A stretch of DNA of 64,000 nucleotides. It comes from Longimicrobiales bacterium (GTDB lineage: Bacteria; Gemmatimonadota; Gemmatimonadetes; Longimicrobiales; Gaopeijiaceae). Numbering within the stretch: the stretch's first letter is position 1; every line of letters begins with the position of its first letter. The stretch covers positions 1,920,001 to 1,984,000 of the forward strand of contig CBDFIQ010000002.1 in the NCBI GenBank assembly GCA_965248195.1, given 5' to 3'. A program made the position numbers and the translations under genes. Below are positions 19,930 to 31,601 of the stretch, piece by piece. The notes below the pieces were generated by a model. It was not told where the DNA came from. It made no database searches and saw nothing but the letters and a program-made list of their open reading frames with translations.

Positions 19930-21033
19930 TTGAGGGTGTCTTGGAAGGCCGTCGTCGGTGTCGCACTCAGCGCCTTTTTCATCTGGTGGGTGCTACGAGG
20001 TGAGGACCCCGTTGAAATCGTCGCCCAGATCTCCAGCGCGAATCCCTGGTACTTCGTAGCCGCTATTCTCGTCGGCACAGGGGGATTTTTCGGCCGCACG
20101 TTGCGCTGGAAGGTCCTTCTGCACCCGCTTAAGGCCGACACGCGGTTTCGCTCCAGATTCGCCAGCGTCAGTATCGGCTTCGCCATGAACAACATCTTCC
20201 CGGCACGTCTCGGGGAGCTCGCACGGGCATTCGCTCTGAGCCGAGCCGAGCCCGTGCCGGTGTCGGGTGCTGTCGGAACCCTGGTGGTCGAGCGTTTCCT
20301 CGACTCCATCGTACTCGTGTCTTTTTTTCTGGTGCCGATGGCCCTTCCCTCGTTCCCAGGGGCGGATGAGCTCCTGAGCGGGGCGGTGGCTGGCCCCGTA
20401 CTGAGAACGACTTTCGGGATGCTCGCGATCTTCCTCATGGGGCTGGTGGCGATCCTGATCTTTCCTGAACCCTTGGTGCATGCGGTCGAAAGGCTCTGCC
20501 GTCGGCTCCCGAGAAAGTCAGGACCCCGGGTGGTCTCCGCATTGGAGACCTTCCTCCAGGCGCTGAAAGTGCTCCGCCACCCGGTCCTACTTACGAAGGC
20601 CGTTCTATGGAGTTACGCCCTTTGGCTTTGGAGCGGACTCTCGTTTTGGCTTGCCTTCAGGGCGTTCGGTATCGATTTGGGGTTCGACGCTGCGGTATTC
20701 ACGATGGCTGTGGTAGGGTTCGCGGTCGCGATCCCGGCGGCGCCTGGCTTTTTCGGAACCTTCCAGTTGGGCACTGATCTCGCCCTGAGTGGCGTTTATG
20801 ACGTACCGGAGCCGACTGCGCTCGCCTTCTCGTTCGGATTTCATCTCGGGGGGTTCTTCCCCATCACGATCATTGGACTCTACTACGCGTGGCGTTTGGG
20901 CTTTTCGTTGAGGGAGCTCCGCGAAGGTGAGGTTATGCTCGTCGAGCCCGTCGAGGTGAGTGGCGAAGCCCGCCAGGCCGGCGTCCCCGACGACCGGGAT
21001 CAGGCAGGGCACGAGGCGGGAGCTAAAGGTTGA
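19930..21033 (+). CDS. Lysylphosphatidylglycerol-synthase TM / UPF0104 flippase-like protein
   Basis: LRWKVLL, NNIFPARLGELAR, ERFLD and PAAPGFFGTF motifs. Confidence 0.88.
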   Translation: MRVSWKAVVGVALSAFFIWWVLRGEDPVEIVAQISSANPWYFVAAILVGTGGFFGRTLRWKVLLHPLKADTRFRSRFASVSIGFAMNNIFPARLGELARAFALSRAEPVPVSGAVGTLVVERFLDSIVLVSFFLVPMALPSFPGADELLSGAVAGPVLRTTFGMLAIFLMGLVAILIFPEPLVHAVERLCRRLPRKSGPRVVSALETFLQALKVLRHPVLLTKAVLWSYALWLWSGLSFWLAFRAFGIDLGFDAAVFTMAVVGFAVAIPAAPGFFGTFQLGTDLALSGVYDVPEPTALAFSFGFHLGGFFPITIIGLYYAWRLGFSLRELREGEVMLVEPVEVSGEARQAGVPDDRDQAGHEAGAKG

Positions 21034-21090
21034 GATCGTGGCCGAGCTCCGCAAGCTGGTGCTCCGTCCGTGGTGTGTGAATTATTGACC

Positions 21091-22744
21091 ATGGACCTCA
21101 CCTCCGAAGTCGCACCCGAGGCGCCCATGACACGGCTGACAGCCGTCACGCACGTCCTCGAACGAAGCGGCTGGGCTCGGTTTTCTCTCGTTTTCCTGCT
21201 CATCCTCGTCCTGAAGTGGGACACGCTGCTCCAGCCTCCGGTGTGGGACACCGCCATGGGGCTGTTCCCGCCCGCCCTCACCTTGGCCGAAAACGGGTTC
21301 GATCTGCTCGAACTGTTGGGGATGCCGGGCTACCAAGAGGGGGGACCCAACGCCCACAGCACGTCCCTGGTCACCCTGGCCACAGCGGTGGTCCTCTGGA
21401 TCTCGGGAGGGGGCACCAGGAGCTTCCTGATTCTCCATCTCCTTCACTTCGCCGGTGCGGCTCTGGCCCTCCTGACGCTGTTCCGCCTCGCCCGTCCGAT
21501 GTTCGGCAGCGGCACGAGCGTCCTTCTGTGCATGAGCGTGCTGCTCAATCCGATCTTCTCGACCCAGGTCGGCTACCTCTACCTGGAGATGCCGCTCTTT
21601 CTCTGCACGGTCCTGGCGCTTCTCGCCTGGACGGAGGGGAGGTTTCTGGCCGGCGGTGCTCTGGGCCACGCTGGCCTATGCGACGAAGGAGACCGGGATC
21701 ATCGTTCCGGCCACCCTCACATTGGCGGCGCTACTTGAGCGACGCGGCCTGTCTGACAAAACGAGACGAGCGGCGCAGATCGCCGTATTTCCGATTCTGT
21801 GGACGGCGGTCGTCGCCCTCTTGCGCCGAATCGCGGTCAGTGGATCCGAGGACTACGCATTCCTGCCGTCCTTCGATGGCGTCTTCGGCGGACTCGGAGA
21901 GTTCCTGGCGCACTTCCTTCTCAACGTTCCCGATCTGCTGGGCTTCATCGCCGTATTTCTTGTGACGACCATCGTTTGCTTCATTCCGATCTTCGGAACA
22001 CTCCTCAGCGAACCCCTGGATCCGTACGCCCGGACGCCGGAGCATCAGGAGCTCCTCGTTCTCGGCTACAGCGGGGTGCTCATCGTCTTTTTCATGCTGC
22101 TCTTCCTGGTGGCCCTTCCGGTGGCAACGGCGTTCACCCTGGTGCTCCCCCGCTACTACGTAATCATCTTGCCGTTTCTACTGATTTGGGTGGGCTACGC
22201 CGTGAAACGACTCCTCGGCCGTCGCCTCACATCGCCCGCGGCGGTCTGCTTCATCCTCCTTTCGGCCTTCTTCGCTCTGAACACGAGCGGCGCTCTCTAT
22301 CCCCTGGACATCGACACGAAAGGCCCAGGGAACGACCCTCCGCTCACGGAGCGCTCCAATGCTTACCGTCGCCTCCTGGCCCTCGAGGTGGACGCCATCC
22401 GGGCACTCGAGGAACTCCCGCCCGGGGTGCCGGTCTACTACGGGCACTACGAGCACTACCTGCTCCAGTATCCAGGGCTCGGATACGCCAGCGGCCCCCT
22501 CTCCAACGGGCACAACTTCTCGGTGGAGTCCCTCGCGGACCTCATCGGGGGGGAGCCCTTGCCACCATGTGTGTATGCCCTCTTCAACTACCCGTGGCTC
22601 GGTGGGGAGAAAATCCTCGGCCTGATCCGCTTCGCTTTGGCGACGCCAGGGCTGTCGGCCGAGGTGGTTCGGGAGTTTCGGGACGGACGGTACGTGATAA
22701 TACTGCTCCGAATCCGAAGCGGGGATACAGATTGTAAGGTATGA
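21091..22744 (+). CDS. GT-C-like membrane glycosyltransferase; apparent +1 frameshift at about 21643-21645
   Basis: Two hydrophobic ORFs join as ...TEGRFWPAVLWATLAYATKETG when one T is removed from TTT. KE and PRY motifs are typical of ArnT/PMT-like proteins. Confidence 0.7.
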
Positions 22745-23899
22745 GTACGAACGACCTCTTCGAAGGGCGGATCCCCTTCAACCGGCCCTACCTCGTGGGG
22801 TCCGAGTTCGAGCGAATGCGAGAGGCCGTGGAGGGCCTTGTGATTTCGGAGGGCGGACCCTTCACGGACAAGTGTGAGCAGCTTCTGATGGAGCTGACCG
22901 GAGCCGGGGCGGCTCTGCTTACGTCCTCGTGCACCCACGCACTGGAGATGGCCGCCCTACTGCTGGACCTGAAAGAAGGCGACGAGGTCGTGATGCCCTC
23001 CTTCACCTTCGTCAGCACGGCAAATGCGTTCGCACTGAGAGGAGCCACACCGATCTTCGCCGACATCCGCCCGGACACCCTCAACCTCGATGAGTACCTC
23101 CTGGAGTCCAAGATCACCCCCACGGACGCGGGCGATCGTGGTCGTCCACTACGCGGGCGTGGGTTGCGAGATGGACGCGATCCAGACCGTCGCCGACGAG
23201 GCCGGACTCTCCATCATCGAAGACAACGCCCACGGTCTTCTGGGGAGCTACAAAGGAAAGCCGCTGGGGACGCTGGGGGTCATGGCCACGCAGAGCTTCC
23301 ACGAGACGAAGAACCTGACGTGCGGGAAAGGCGGGGCGCTCCTCCTGAACGATGCCGATCTGCTGGACCGTGCGAGAGTCATCCGAAACAAGGGCACGAA
23401 TCGCGCGCAGTTCCTGGAGGGTCTCGTGGACAAGTATACCTGGGTCGGGCTGGGCTCGAGCTATCAGCCCTCCGACCTCCTGTCCGCCTTTCTCCTCTGC
23501 CAGCTCGAGGCGAGAACCCTCATTCAAGAGAAGCGGAAGGAGATCTGGCAACGGTACCATGAAGGACTTGAGGACTGGGCAGAGGCCGAGGGCGTACAGA
23601 GGCCGGTCGTGCCCGAGCATGTCGAGCAGGCCTTCCACATGTACTACCTGCTGCTGCCGACTGGCGAGCATCGGAACCGGTTCATCTCGTTTCTCGAGGA
23701 CCGCGGCATCAACGCGGTCTTTCACTATGTACCGCTGAACCTTTCGCCCATGGGTGAGCGTCTCGGCGCCTGGCCAGGCGACTGCCCCGTGGCTGAGGAC
23801 ATCAGTAGTCGTCTGGTGCGGCTTCCCTTCTTTACGGGGCTGGACGAGGCGAACCAGGAGATCGTCATCCGCACGGTAAGGGAGTACTGCTGTGGGTAA
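22741..23899 (+). CDS. wecE: dTDP-4-amino-4,6-dideoxygalactose transaminase; apparent +1 frameshift at 23117-23121
   Basis: IPFNRP, SCTHALEM, PSFTFVSTANAF, then VVHYAGVGCEM, SFHETKN and KGTNR in the next frame. Confidence 0.92.
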
Positions 23900-24647
23900 G
23901 GCATCGAACGCCGGAGCCCCGGTAGCGGACGCGGCCTTGCGCCCGGCGCCCAAACGCATTGCCGTCGTTCAGTCGAACTACATTCCATGGAAGGGATACT
24001 TCGACCTCATCGCCAGCGTCGACGAGTTCGTGCTCCTCGACGACGCACAGTTCACCCGCCGGGATTGGCGGAACAGGAACCGCATCAAGACCGCGGACGG
24101 GCTCAAGTGGCTCACGATTCCGGTCGAGATGAAGGGCAAGTACGATCAGGCCATCAAGGATACCCGGATCAGCGACCCTTCTTGGCGTGAGAAGCACTGG
24201 ACGAGGCTCTATCATGCCTACTCGAGGGCACCGTGTTTTTCCCAGTACGCAGCGCGGATCGAGGAGGTCTATCAGGATGCGTCGGACGAGCGTCTCAGCC
24301 AGATCAACCACCGATTCCTCACTGCCATTTGTGATATCCTTGGAATCGACACCAAGATCACATGGTCCATGGACTACGGAGCGACGGGGCGGAAGTCGGA
24401 GCGCTTGTTGGACATCTGCGGGCAGGCCGGTGCGACGGAGTACCTTTCTGGACCCTCGGCACGGACATATCTCGACGAATCGCTCTTCGGGGAGGCCGGG
24501 GTCGACGTCATCTGGATGGATTACGAAGGGCATTCCGAGTACGATCAACTCTATCCGCCCTTCGAGCACCACGTCACGGTCTTGGATCTCATTTTCCACA
24601 CCGGCGCGGGAGCGCCCGGTCACTTGCTGAAGGGATCGAGTCGATGA
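23892..24647 (+). CDS. WbqC family protein
   Basis: QSNYIPWKGYFDLI, RNRNRIKT and YLSGPSA motifs. Confidence 0.92.
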   Translation: MGKASNAGAPVADAALRPAPKRIAVVQSNYIPWKGYFDLIASVDEFVLLDDAQFTRRDWRNRNRIKTADGLKWLTIPVEMKGKYDQAIKDTRISDPSWREKHWTRLYHAYSRAPCFSQYAARIEEVYQDASDERLSQINHRFLTAICDILGIDTKITWSMDYGATGRKSERLLDICGQAGATEYLSGPSARTYLDESLFGEAGVDVIWMDYEGHSEYDQLYPPFEHHVTVLDLIFHTGAGAPGHLLKGSSR

Positions 24648-25696
24648 AGCTCTCCATCGTCACCACGCTCTACCGCAGCGCACCGTACTTGCCAGACTTC
24701 TACGATCGTTGCTGCGCGGCGGCCGAGGAAATCACAGATGACTTCGAGATCGTCCTGGTCAACGACGGCTCTCCCGACGACTCGCTCGACATCGCGCTGG
24801 AGCTCTACGAGAGGGACCGGCGCGTCCGGATCGTCGACCTCGCTCGCAACTTCGGTCAGCACAAGGCGATCCTGACCGGCCTCGCTCACGCCCGCGGCGA
24901 TCTGATCTTTTCCCTGGACAGCGATCTCGAGGAAGATCCCAACTGGCTCGGCCGGTTCCACGAGCGGATGCGGGAGACGGGAGCCGACGTCGTCTACGGC
25001 GTTCAGGAAAAACGGAAGGGAAGGCTGTTCGAGCGCATGAGCGGTACGATCTTCTACGCCATCTTCCGCATGCTCTCCAGCTACCCGGTACCAGAGAATC
25101 AGGCGTCCGCGCGATTGATGACGCGCCGCTACGTGGAAAGCCTGATCGAGCATAAGGACAAGGAGGTGTTCCTGGCCGGGCTGTGGGCCATCACGGGATA
25201 CGAGCAGGTCTCCGTGCCCGTGGAGAAGGCCGACAAGGGTATCTCCACATACAGCCTTCGGATGAAGCTCTCATTGGCCCTGACTTCGATTACCGCGTTC
25301 AGCAACGTGCCCCTGGAGCTGGTCTTCTACGTCGGCATGCTCGTAACCGCGGTCTCCGTGTCGGCCGCACTGGTAGCCCTTCTTGCCAAGGTGTTCTTCA
25401 TCGACTTCGAGCTCGGCTGGCCCTCGTTGATCATCTCCATCTGGTTCCTCAGTGGGCTCACTTTCTCGTTTCTCGGCATCATCGGCATGTACCTCTCGAA
25501 GATTTTCATGGAGACCAAGGATCGGCCCTACACGATCATCCGGCAGTCCTACGATCGCCTGGGGGAGGCTCGCATCGGGGAGGATCGCACCGGGGGGGAT
25601 CTCACGGAGGAGGATCGCCTGGGGAAGAGTCGCCTGGGCGGGGATCGGCCGGATGAGCATCGCATGCACCAGGATCGCGAGCGGCGGGAAGCCTAG
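24644..25696 (+). CDS. GT2 polyprenyl-phosphate glycosyltransferase (GtrB/ArnC-like)
   Basis: VNDGSPD, RNFGQHKA, DSDLEE, two C-terminal TM helices, ETKDRPY. Confidence 0.9.
   Translation: MKLSIVTTLYRSAPYLPDFYDRCCAAAEEITDDFEIVLVNDGSPDDSLDIALELYERDRRVRIVDLARNFGQHKAILTGLAHARGDLIFSLDSDLEEDPNWLGRFHERMRETGADVVYGVQEKRKGRLFERMSGTIFYAIFRMLSSYPVPENQASARLMTRRYVESLIEHKDKEVFLAGLWAITGYEQVSVPVEKADKGISTYSLRMKLSLALTSITAFSNVPLELVFYVGMLVTAVSVSAALVALLAKVFFIDFELGWPSLIISIWFLSGLTFSFLGIIGMYLSKIFMETKDRPYTIIRQSYDRLGEARIGEDRTGGDLTEEDRLGKSRLGGDRPDEHRMHQDRERREA
25553..25690 (+). repeat. Degenerate 15-nt tandem repeat tail of the GT2 gene
   Basis: Encodes DRLGE ARIGE DRTGG DLTEE DRLGK SRLGG DRPDE HRMHQ DRERR. Confidence 0.75.
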
Positions 25697-25699
25697 GCG

Positions 25700-26332
25700 A
25701 TGGTAGACGCCTCGATTCGCGAGCGAGTCGCCGATTACTACAGTGAGAAGGTCCGCCAACACGGTGAGACGGCCCGCGGCGTCGACTGGAACTCGACCGA
25801 GTCGCAGAAGACGCGCTTCGATCAGCTCCTGGGAATAGTGCCGTCCGGAGCCGCGCAGTACTCCATTCTGGATTACGGATGCGGGTACGGCGCGCTCGTC
25901 GACGTGCTCACTGAGCGAGGTCAGCCGTTTCGGTACGTGGGATACGACGTATCGGAGGAGATGATCCTACGGGCGGGGCGGCTCCATTCGGGGGAGCAGT
26001 GCTGCTTCACGACGAACGAACAAGAGTTGAGGCCCTCGGACTACCTCGTCGCCAGCGGTGTGCTCAACGTCAAACTCCAGACCTCGGAGGACGAGTGGAA
26101 GAGCCACGTTCTCGATACCCTCAACGAGATCCACAGGCTCTCGCGGAAAGGCTTCGCCTTCAACTCGCTCACGAGCTACTCCGATCCGGAGCATATGCGT
26201 GATGATCTCTTTTACGCGGATCCAAGCTGGCTCTTCAATCACTGCAAGCGAGAGTATTCGGGGCAGGTCGCCCTGTTACACGACTACGGACTATACGAGT
26301 TCACCATCTTGGTGAGAAAGAATCTAGAATGA
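25700..26332 (+). CDS. Class I SAM-dependent methyltransferase
   Basis: ILDYGCGYG motif I; HDYGLYEF C-terminus. Confidence 0.9.
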   Translation: MVDASIRERVADYYSEKVRQHGETARGVDWNSTESQKTRFDQLLGIVPSGAAQYSILDYGCGYGALVDVLTERGQPFRYVGYDVSEEMILRAGRLHSGEQCCFTTNEQELRPSDYLVASGVLNVKLQTSEDEWKSHVLDTLNEIHRLSRKGFAFNSLTSYSDPEHMRDDLFYADPSWLFNHCKREYSGQVALLHDYGLYEFTILVRKNLE

Positions 26333-26991
26333 GCAAGAGCGTCGTCATCTTCGGCATCGGCGACTTCGCGCAGGTGGCGGACGTCTACCTGACCGAGGAC
26401 AGTCCCCACGAGGTCGTCGCCTTCACGGTCAACCAGAAGTACGTCGACGCCACCGAACTGAGCGGGCGCCCCGTCGTGGCCTTCGAGAGTCTGGAAGAGC
26501 TCTATCCCCCGGACGAGTTCGCCATGTTGGTGGCCATCGGGTTCAGCGGGGTCAACCGTGCCCGCGCCGACATCTGCAGGCAGTGCAAGAAGCGGGGCTA
26601 CGAGCTGATCTCGTATGTCTGCTCCAAGGCTACCACCTGGAGCGACCTCGACGTGGGGGAGAACACTTTCGTCTTCGAAGACAACGTGATCCAGCCGTTC
26701 GTGAAGATCGGAAACAACGTGGTGGTGTGGAGCGGTAACCACATCGGCCATCACACCGTCATCGGAGACCACTGCTTCATCACGTCGCACGTGGTGATCT
26801 CGGGCGGTGTGGAGATCGGCGACTCCTGCTTCCTGGGAGTGAACGCCACCATAAGGGATCACATCACCATCGCTCCTTCCACCGTCATCGGGGCGGGCGC
26901 CATCATCATGAAGGACACCGAAGAGGAAGACGTGTACATCGCTCCCAAGACCGAAAAATCCCGTCGTAGGAGCTCCGGGCTGAACATGTGA
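26329..26991 (+). CDS. Hexapeptide-repeat sugar acetyltransferase (NeuD/PglD-like)
   Basis: Left-handed beta-helix repeats (IGNNVVVWSGNHIGHHTVIGDHCFI). Confidence 0.9.
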   Translation: MSKSVVIFGIGDFAQVADVYLTEDSPHEVVAFTVNQKYVDATELSGRPVVAFESLEELYPPDEFAMLVAIGFSGVNRARADICRQCKKRGYELISYVCSKATTWSDLDVGENTFVFEDNVIQPFVKIGNNVVVWSGNHIGHHTVIGDHCFITSHVVISGGVEIGDSCFLGVNATIRDHITIAPSTVIGAGAIIMKDTEEEDVYIAPKTEKSRRRSSGLNM

Positions 26992-27017
26992 CGCTCGGCT
27001 CAATATCCAACAACTCC

Positions 27018-29760
27018 ATGCACTCAACTCATGAGAGCCTTGCTCGCTGCGATCTTTGCGGCAGTCAAGATTCGAACCCTATCGTCCGATCCGATCCGGA
27101 ACCTGTCAACGACAATGGGACACTCTACGGGATTAATTAGAGAGCAATATCCTGTGTGGTGAGGGAAGGGATGGGAGGATTGATGTAGACGGCCTCCGGG
27201 AGCGGTTTGGGCTTCGGCACACCTGTGACGAAGCGTTCGGGATGAGCGGCCCATGCTTCGCGGAGCACGGATTTCCTGCCGGCAATGACCTGATCGGCGT
27301 TCCCGAAGTGGACCTGCTCGGGGGTTAGCATCGAGATACCGCCATGGCGGTGCTCGGCATTGTACCAGCGGAAGAACGATCGACACAACGTCTTGGCCTG
27401 GCCCTGATCCCCGAACCGCCCGGGAAACGAGGGATGGTACTTCAAGGTTTTGAACTGAGCCTCGGAAAACGGGTTGTCATCCGACACCTGAGGCCGGCTC
27501 AACGAGCGAGTCACGCCGAGGTCAGCGAGAAGTTGAGCGGTGCATTGGCTCGTCATTGGAGCTCCCCGATCCGAGTGCAGGGTCAGGACCCGGGGCTGGA
27601 CGCCATGCTTCAGGCAGCTCTGCTGGATCAACCGGCCGGCCAGGGCCGAGTTCTCCCGGTCCGCCACCATCCAGCCCACGACGTAGCGGCTGTAGATATC
27701 CATGATGACGTAGAGGTAGTAATAGCTCCACTTCTTCGGCCCGAGTAGCCGCGTGATATCCCAGGACCACACCTGGTTCGGCGCCGTGGCCATCAACTCG
27801 GGCTTCTTGTACTCGGGATGGGTGCGCTGCGCCCGGCGTTCCTGAACCGGCACCTCGGAGGCCAGAACACGATACATCGTGCGTTCGCTGCACAGGTAGA
27901 CCTCTTCGTCGAGCAGCGTGGCCACCACCTCGGCGGGTGAGCGGTCCACGAACCGCTCCGAACACAGCGTGTCGAAGACCTCGCCTCGTTCCGTCTCGCT
28001 CAATGCCCGGGCGGGCGTCGGGCGGGGCTGCCGTTGCCCGGTCGATGGGCCTCGACGACGGTAGAACGTCGATCGGGAGACCTCGAGAGCCGCGCACGCC
28101 GGTTTTACACCGACGTGCTTAGCCAGCTCATCGGCCGCCTTCAAGAGTTCGTCCCGTCGTCGAGGCTTATCCCCAGCAGCCCCGCAACTTTTCCCTGCAC
28201 GTCGATGATCAGGTGTGCCTTCCTGAGCTCATTCTCGAGCCGTGCGTTTTGCCGCTCCAGCTTGCGTACCTTCTCATCCAGCGGATTCCGCTCCGGCTTG
28301 CGGCCGCGTTTCTTCGACAGGGCCTTCAGCGACCCGCTATGCGCCGCCTTGCGCCACGTCGTCAGGTGCGACGAGTACAGGCCCTCGCGCCGCAGGAGCT
28401 GACCCACCTCGCCGGGCTCGGTGCACCGGTCCGCTTCTTCGACGATCCGCAGCTTGTACGATGGACTGAACCGCCGGCGTAGCGGCCTATCTACTACCTC
28501 CGGGTCCGCAGGAGCTGCCGCGCTTCGCTTGGCCTCCCCGATTCCAGGGGCACTACCATTCTCTTCCATTCTCTCTCGCAGTCCCAACATGTTCGTTTTC
28601 TCTGCCTTCGCCCTACTCTAATTCTTTGCGTGCTCCGTGTCTCACGTACGTTGGCAGAGAGGGATCTGGAGAGATCGATGCTTTCGGATCGCAGGGTAAT
28701 CGAGCAACCTCTCGCTAAGATCGAGTGCACGGTTTGTGGACTCGTCCGAAGCGCCGAACGTCCCAGTGTAGATTTTGATTCGTATTACGAGAAATCGTAC
28801 TCGAGCGGGATTCATGATCACCTCTTCTATGTTTCCAACGGGACGCTGACGAGAAGTGAAGTCTTCGCGGAATGGATACTCGAGGCGTTCACCGCCGAAC
28901 GTTTCACTTCCGCGCGAAGATGCCTAGAAATAGGCGCGGGCGGTGGATACCTTCTGGAAACCCTGCAAGAGCGCCTGCCCAATACTGAATTTGAAGGCAT
29001 CGAAATTGGAACGCGGGCGAGCGAAAGTGCGAAAAGCCGAGGACTCCGGGTCCACAATGCCGCGCTCGAGGACTGGGACGACCAACCGTACGACGTGGTC
29101 TATTCCATCGCCGTGATCGAGCACCTGCTGTCCCCACTTCAATGCTTTCGAAAATGCCGTGACCTGCTTCGGCCAGAGGGTTGGCTGATACTTTCTCAAC
29201 CCACCCAAGACGTTCCGAGCTACGATATTCTGTTCGCAGACCATTTATACCATTTTGGCAGCGCTCATTTGCGTGCCTTCGCACAACGCACGGGGTTTCG
29301 CGAAATCGTGGGGATCGTAGGTCATCCCCTAATGCCGAACTTCAGCCTTCACGTTTTTCAGACCGCACCCATCCCAAACGACTTTCAATGGCAGGGCCCG
29401 CCAAGCACGACCGCGTGCAGAGCCACCGTGCAACGGTTGCGCGAAGATTTTTCTCGCTTGGACGACACGCTCCGCGACCTTTCGTCCGGTTCAGCGCGGG
29501 TAGCTACGTTCGGACTGCAAGAAGCGTTCTGGGTCGCGAGGACGTACTCATCGTTATTTGACTTCCCCCTCGTGTGCGGCTTGGAGGATCAACCCCGGAT
29601 GGCGGAGTACGCGGATATCGGCTTCCCGGTGTGCACCCCGGACGCCGCGCATGAATACGACGTATCCGACGCCCTACTCGCGATGAATAAGGTGTACTAT
29701 GACCGGGCTGAGGCGCGGCTCAGTGAGTTAGGCATCCGCGCCCACCGGATATTCTCATGA
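27018..29760 (+). pseudogene. Zn-finger class I methyltransferase interrupted by IS3 copy 1
   Basis: Removing the IS and one ATC copy restores MHSTHESLARCDLCGSQDSNPIVRSDLERSMLSDRR...CTVCG...LEIGAGGG in one frame. Confidence 0.9.
27097..28663 (-). mobile_element. IS3-family element, copy 1 (1567 bp; orfA 28141-28590, orfB 27137-28144)
   Basis: OrfB has DDE motifs (WSWDIT, HSDRG, NPFSEAQFKTLK). Flanked by ATC direct repeats; near-identical to copy 2. Confidence 0.96.
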
Positions 29761-29773
29761 GGAGCGTGCAGAT

Positions 29774-30598
29774 TTGAACCTGCTCGATTCGAAGAAGAAT
29801 CCCGATTGGCTCTCTCTCGCCCTGGAGGCGGTTCGATTTCAGGGTTTTTCAATTGTCGCGAACGTTGTCGACGACGCGATAGTCCAAGAAACATGCGATC
29901 GAATGTACGCGGTTCAAGAGGCCATCGTGGCCGACATTGGCCAAGATCGACTCGAAGCCGCGGGTGAGTTGGGTATCCTTCGAGGGATGATGCGGTACGA
30001 CAAATGGTTCTTGAGATTCTTGGAAATACCCGACGTACTTGCGATCGTCGACGGCACGGTTTCGAACACTGCGATCATGCACACGCAGAATGGATTCATA
30101 TTGCCATCGTTTCAGCCCGGCGAAGCCCCTCAGGTCTTTCAGAACAAATTCCACATGGATTTCCGCAGAGTTCTCAATGGGTACATGGCCTCGATAAACG
30201 TCTTTATTCCGTTTGTGGATTTTTACGAAGAGAACGGTGGGACGCTCGTCGTACCCGGGACACATCAACACGAAACGGTACCGTCAGACGATTATTTGAA
30301 TACGAACGCGATCCCCGCCGAATGCCCTGCCGGATCGATGATCGTGTTCGATTCGACACTATACCATGCCTCCGGCCAAAATAGATCCGGCGCAGATCGA
30401 TTGAGCATCAATCATCAGTTCACCCGCTCGTTCTTTAAGCAACAAGTCGATTATGTACGACTATTGGGTGACGATGCCGTCGACGCGTTCCCGCCGCGAA
30501 CACAGCAACTACTCGGCTGGTACAGTCGAGTCGTCACCAGCCTCGATGAGTATTACCGGCCTTCGCACGAGCGGCTATACCGGGCGGGACAAGGGTAA
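29774..30598 (+). CDS. Fe(II)/2-oxoglutarate dioxygenase, PhyH family
   Basis: HMD, NGGTLVVPGTH and AGSMIVFDSTLYHASG motifs. Confidence 0.9.
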   Translation: MNLLDSKKNPDWLSLALEAVRFQGFSIVANVVDDAIVQETCDRMYAVQEAIVADIGQDRLEAAGELGILRGMMRYDKWFLRFLEIPDVLAIVDGTVSNTAIMHTQNGFILPSFQPGEAPQVFQNKFHMDFRRVLNGYMASINVFIPFVDFYEENGGTLVVPGTHQHETVPSDDYLNTNAIPAECPAGSMIVFDSTLYHASGQNRSGADRLSINHQFTRSFFKQQVDYVRLLGDDAVDAFPPRTQQLLGWYSRVVTSLDEYYRPSHERLYRAGQG

Positions 30599-30629
30599 GA
30601 CTGAAGTTTTCGCCCTCTGGGGACCTCGT

Positions 30630-31535
30630 ATGAAGTGGAGAAAGCTCGGCCGCATCTTTTCGCCGGACCATGAGCACGATTGGATGGTGTCTCATGCCTC
30701 GAATCCTTTCGCGCTTCCCATCGGGGACAGTTTGTTCAGGGTGTATTTCAGTTGTCGCGACGAGGCGAATCGGTCAAGTATCGGATACGTCGTAATCGAC
30801 CTGAACGCGCCGCAAGACATCCTCGAAATCTCGTCCAAGGCGGTCATCGGTCCGGGTGCGGTGGGTCTCTTCGACGACAGCGGCGCGTCGCTCGGATGTA
30901 TCGCACAAGGCGAGAAAGGGCTGTACCTGTATTATTTGGGCTGGAACCTAAGCGTAACGGTCCCTTGGCGTTGCGAGATCGGCGCAGCGATCAGCGACGA
31001 CGGCGGGCTCACGTTTACGAAGGTTTCGCGCGCTCCGATTCTGGCGCGAAACGATGCCGATCCCTTTTCGCTTTCTTATCCGTGGGTCATGAACGAGGGC
31101 GGCGATTGGAAAATGTGGTACGGCTCGCACCTCGATTGGGGTGCAGATCCTCATGCCTTGGAATTCGAGCATGTGTTGAAGTACGCGACCTCGACGGACG
31201 GCATTCGCTGGACACGCGACGACGTCACCTGCCTGAAGCCAGTCCATCCGGGAATTCTTGCGGTCGCAAAGCCGTCCGTGCTCAAGGACGACTCGGGGTA
31301 TCATCTCTGGTACGGGTATCGGGGAGAACAGTATCGGATCGGATACGCGTTCTCCGAGGACGGCATGCGCTGGACGCAGGATGAGGACGGTGCGGGTATC
31401 GAGCCATCGGCGGGCGAATGGGACTCGGAGGCCGTGGCGTACCCCCACGTCGTCGAGCACCAAGGTGCACGTTTCATGTTTTATAACGGGAACGGTTATG
31501 GCGCCACTGGTATGGGACTCGCCGTTTCGGAATAG
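30630..31535 (+). CDS. Beta-propeller glycosidase-like protein (GH43/32/130 clan-like)
   Basis: Repeated S-x-D-G-x-x-W (Asp-box-like) units; MKWRKLGRIF start; YNGNGYGATG end. Confidence 0.7.
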   Translation: MKWRKLGRIFSPDHEHDWMVSHASNPFALPIGDSLFRVYFSCRDEANRSSIGYVVIDLNAPQDILEISSKAVIGPGAVGLFDDSGASLGCIAQGEKGLYLYYLGWNLSVTVPWRCEIGAAISDDGGLTFTKVSRAPILARNDADPFSLSYPWVMNEGGDWKMWYGSHLDWGADPHALEFEHVLKYATSTDGIRWTRDDVTCLKPVHPGILAVAKPSVLKDDSGYHLWYGYRGEQYRIGYAFSEDGMRWTQDEDGAGIEPSAGEWDSEAVAYPHVVEHQGARFMFYNGNGYGATGMGLAVSE

Positions 31536-31601
31536 CGTCACCACGAGACTGGCCGGTGTGTAGCTAACCCTGTGGAACAGAGCTCACTCTGAAATGAGGT
31601 C

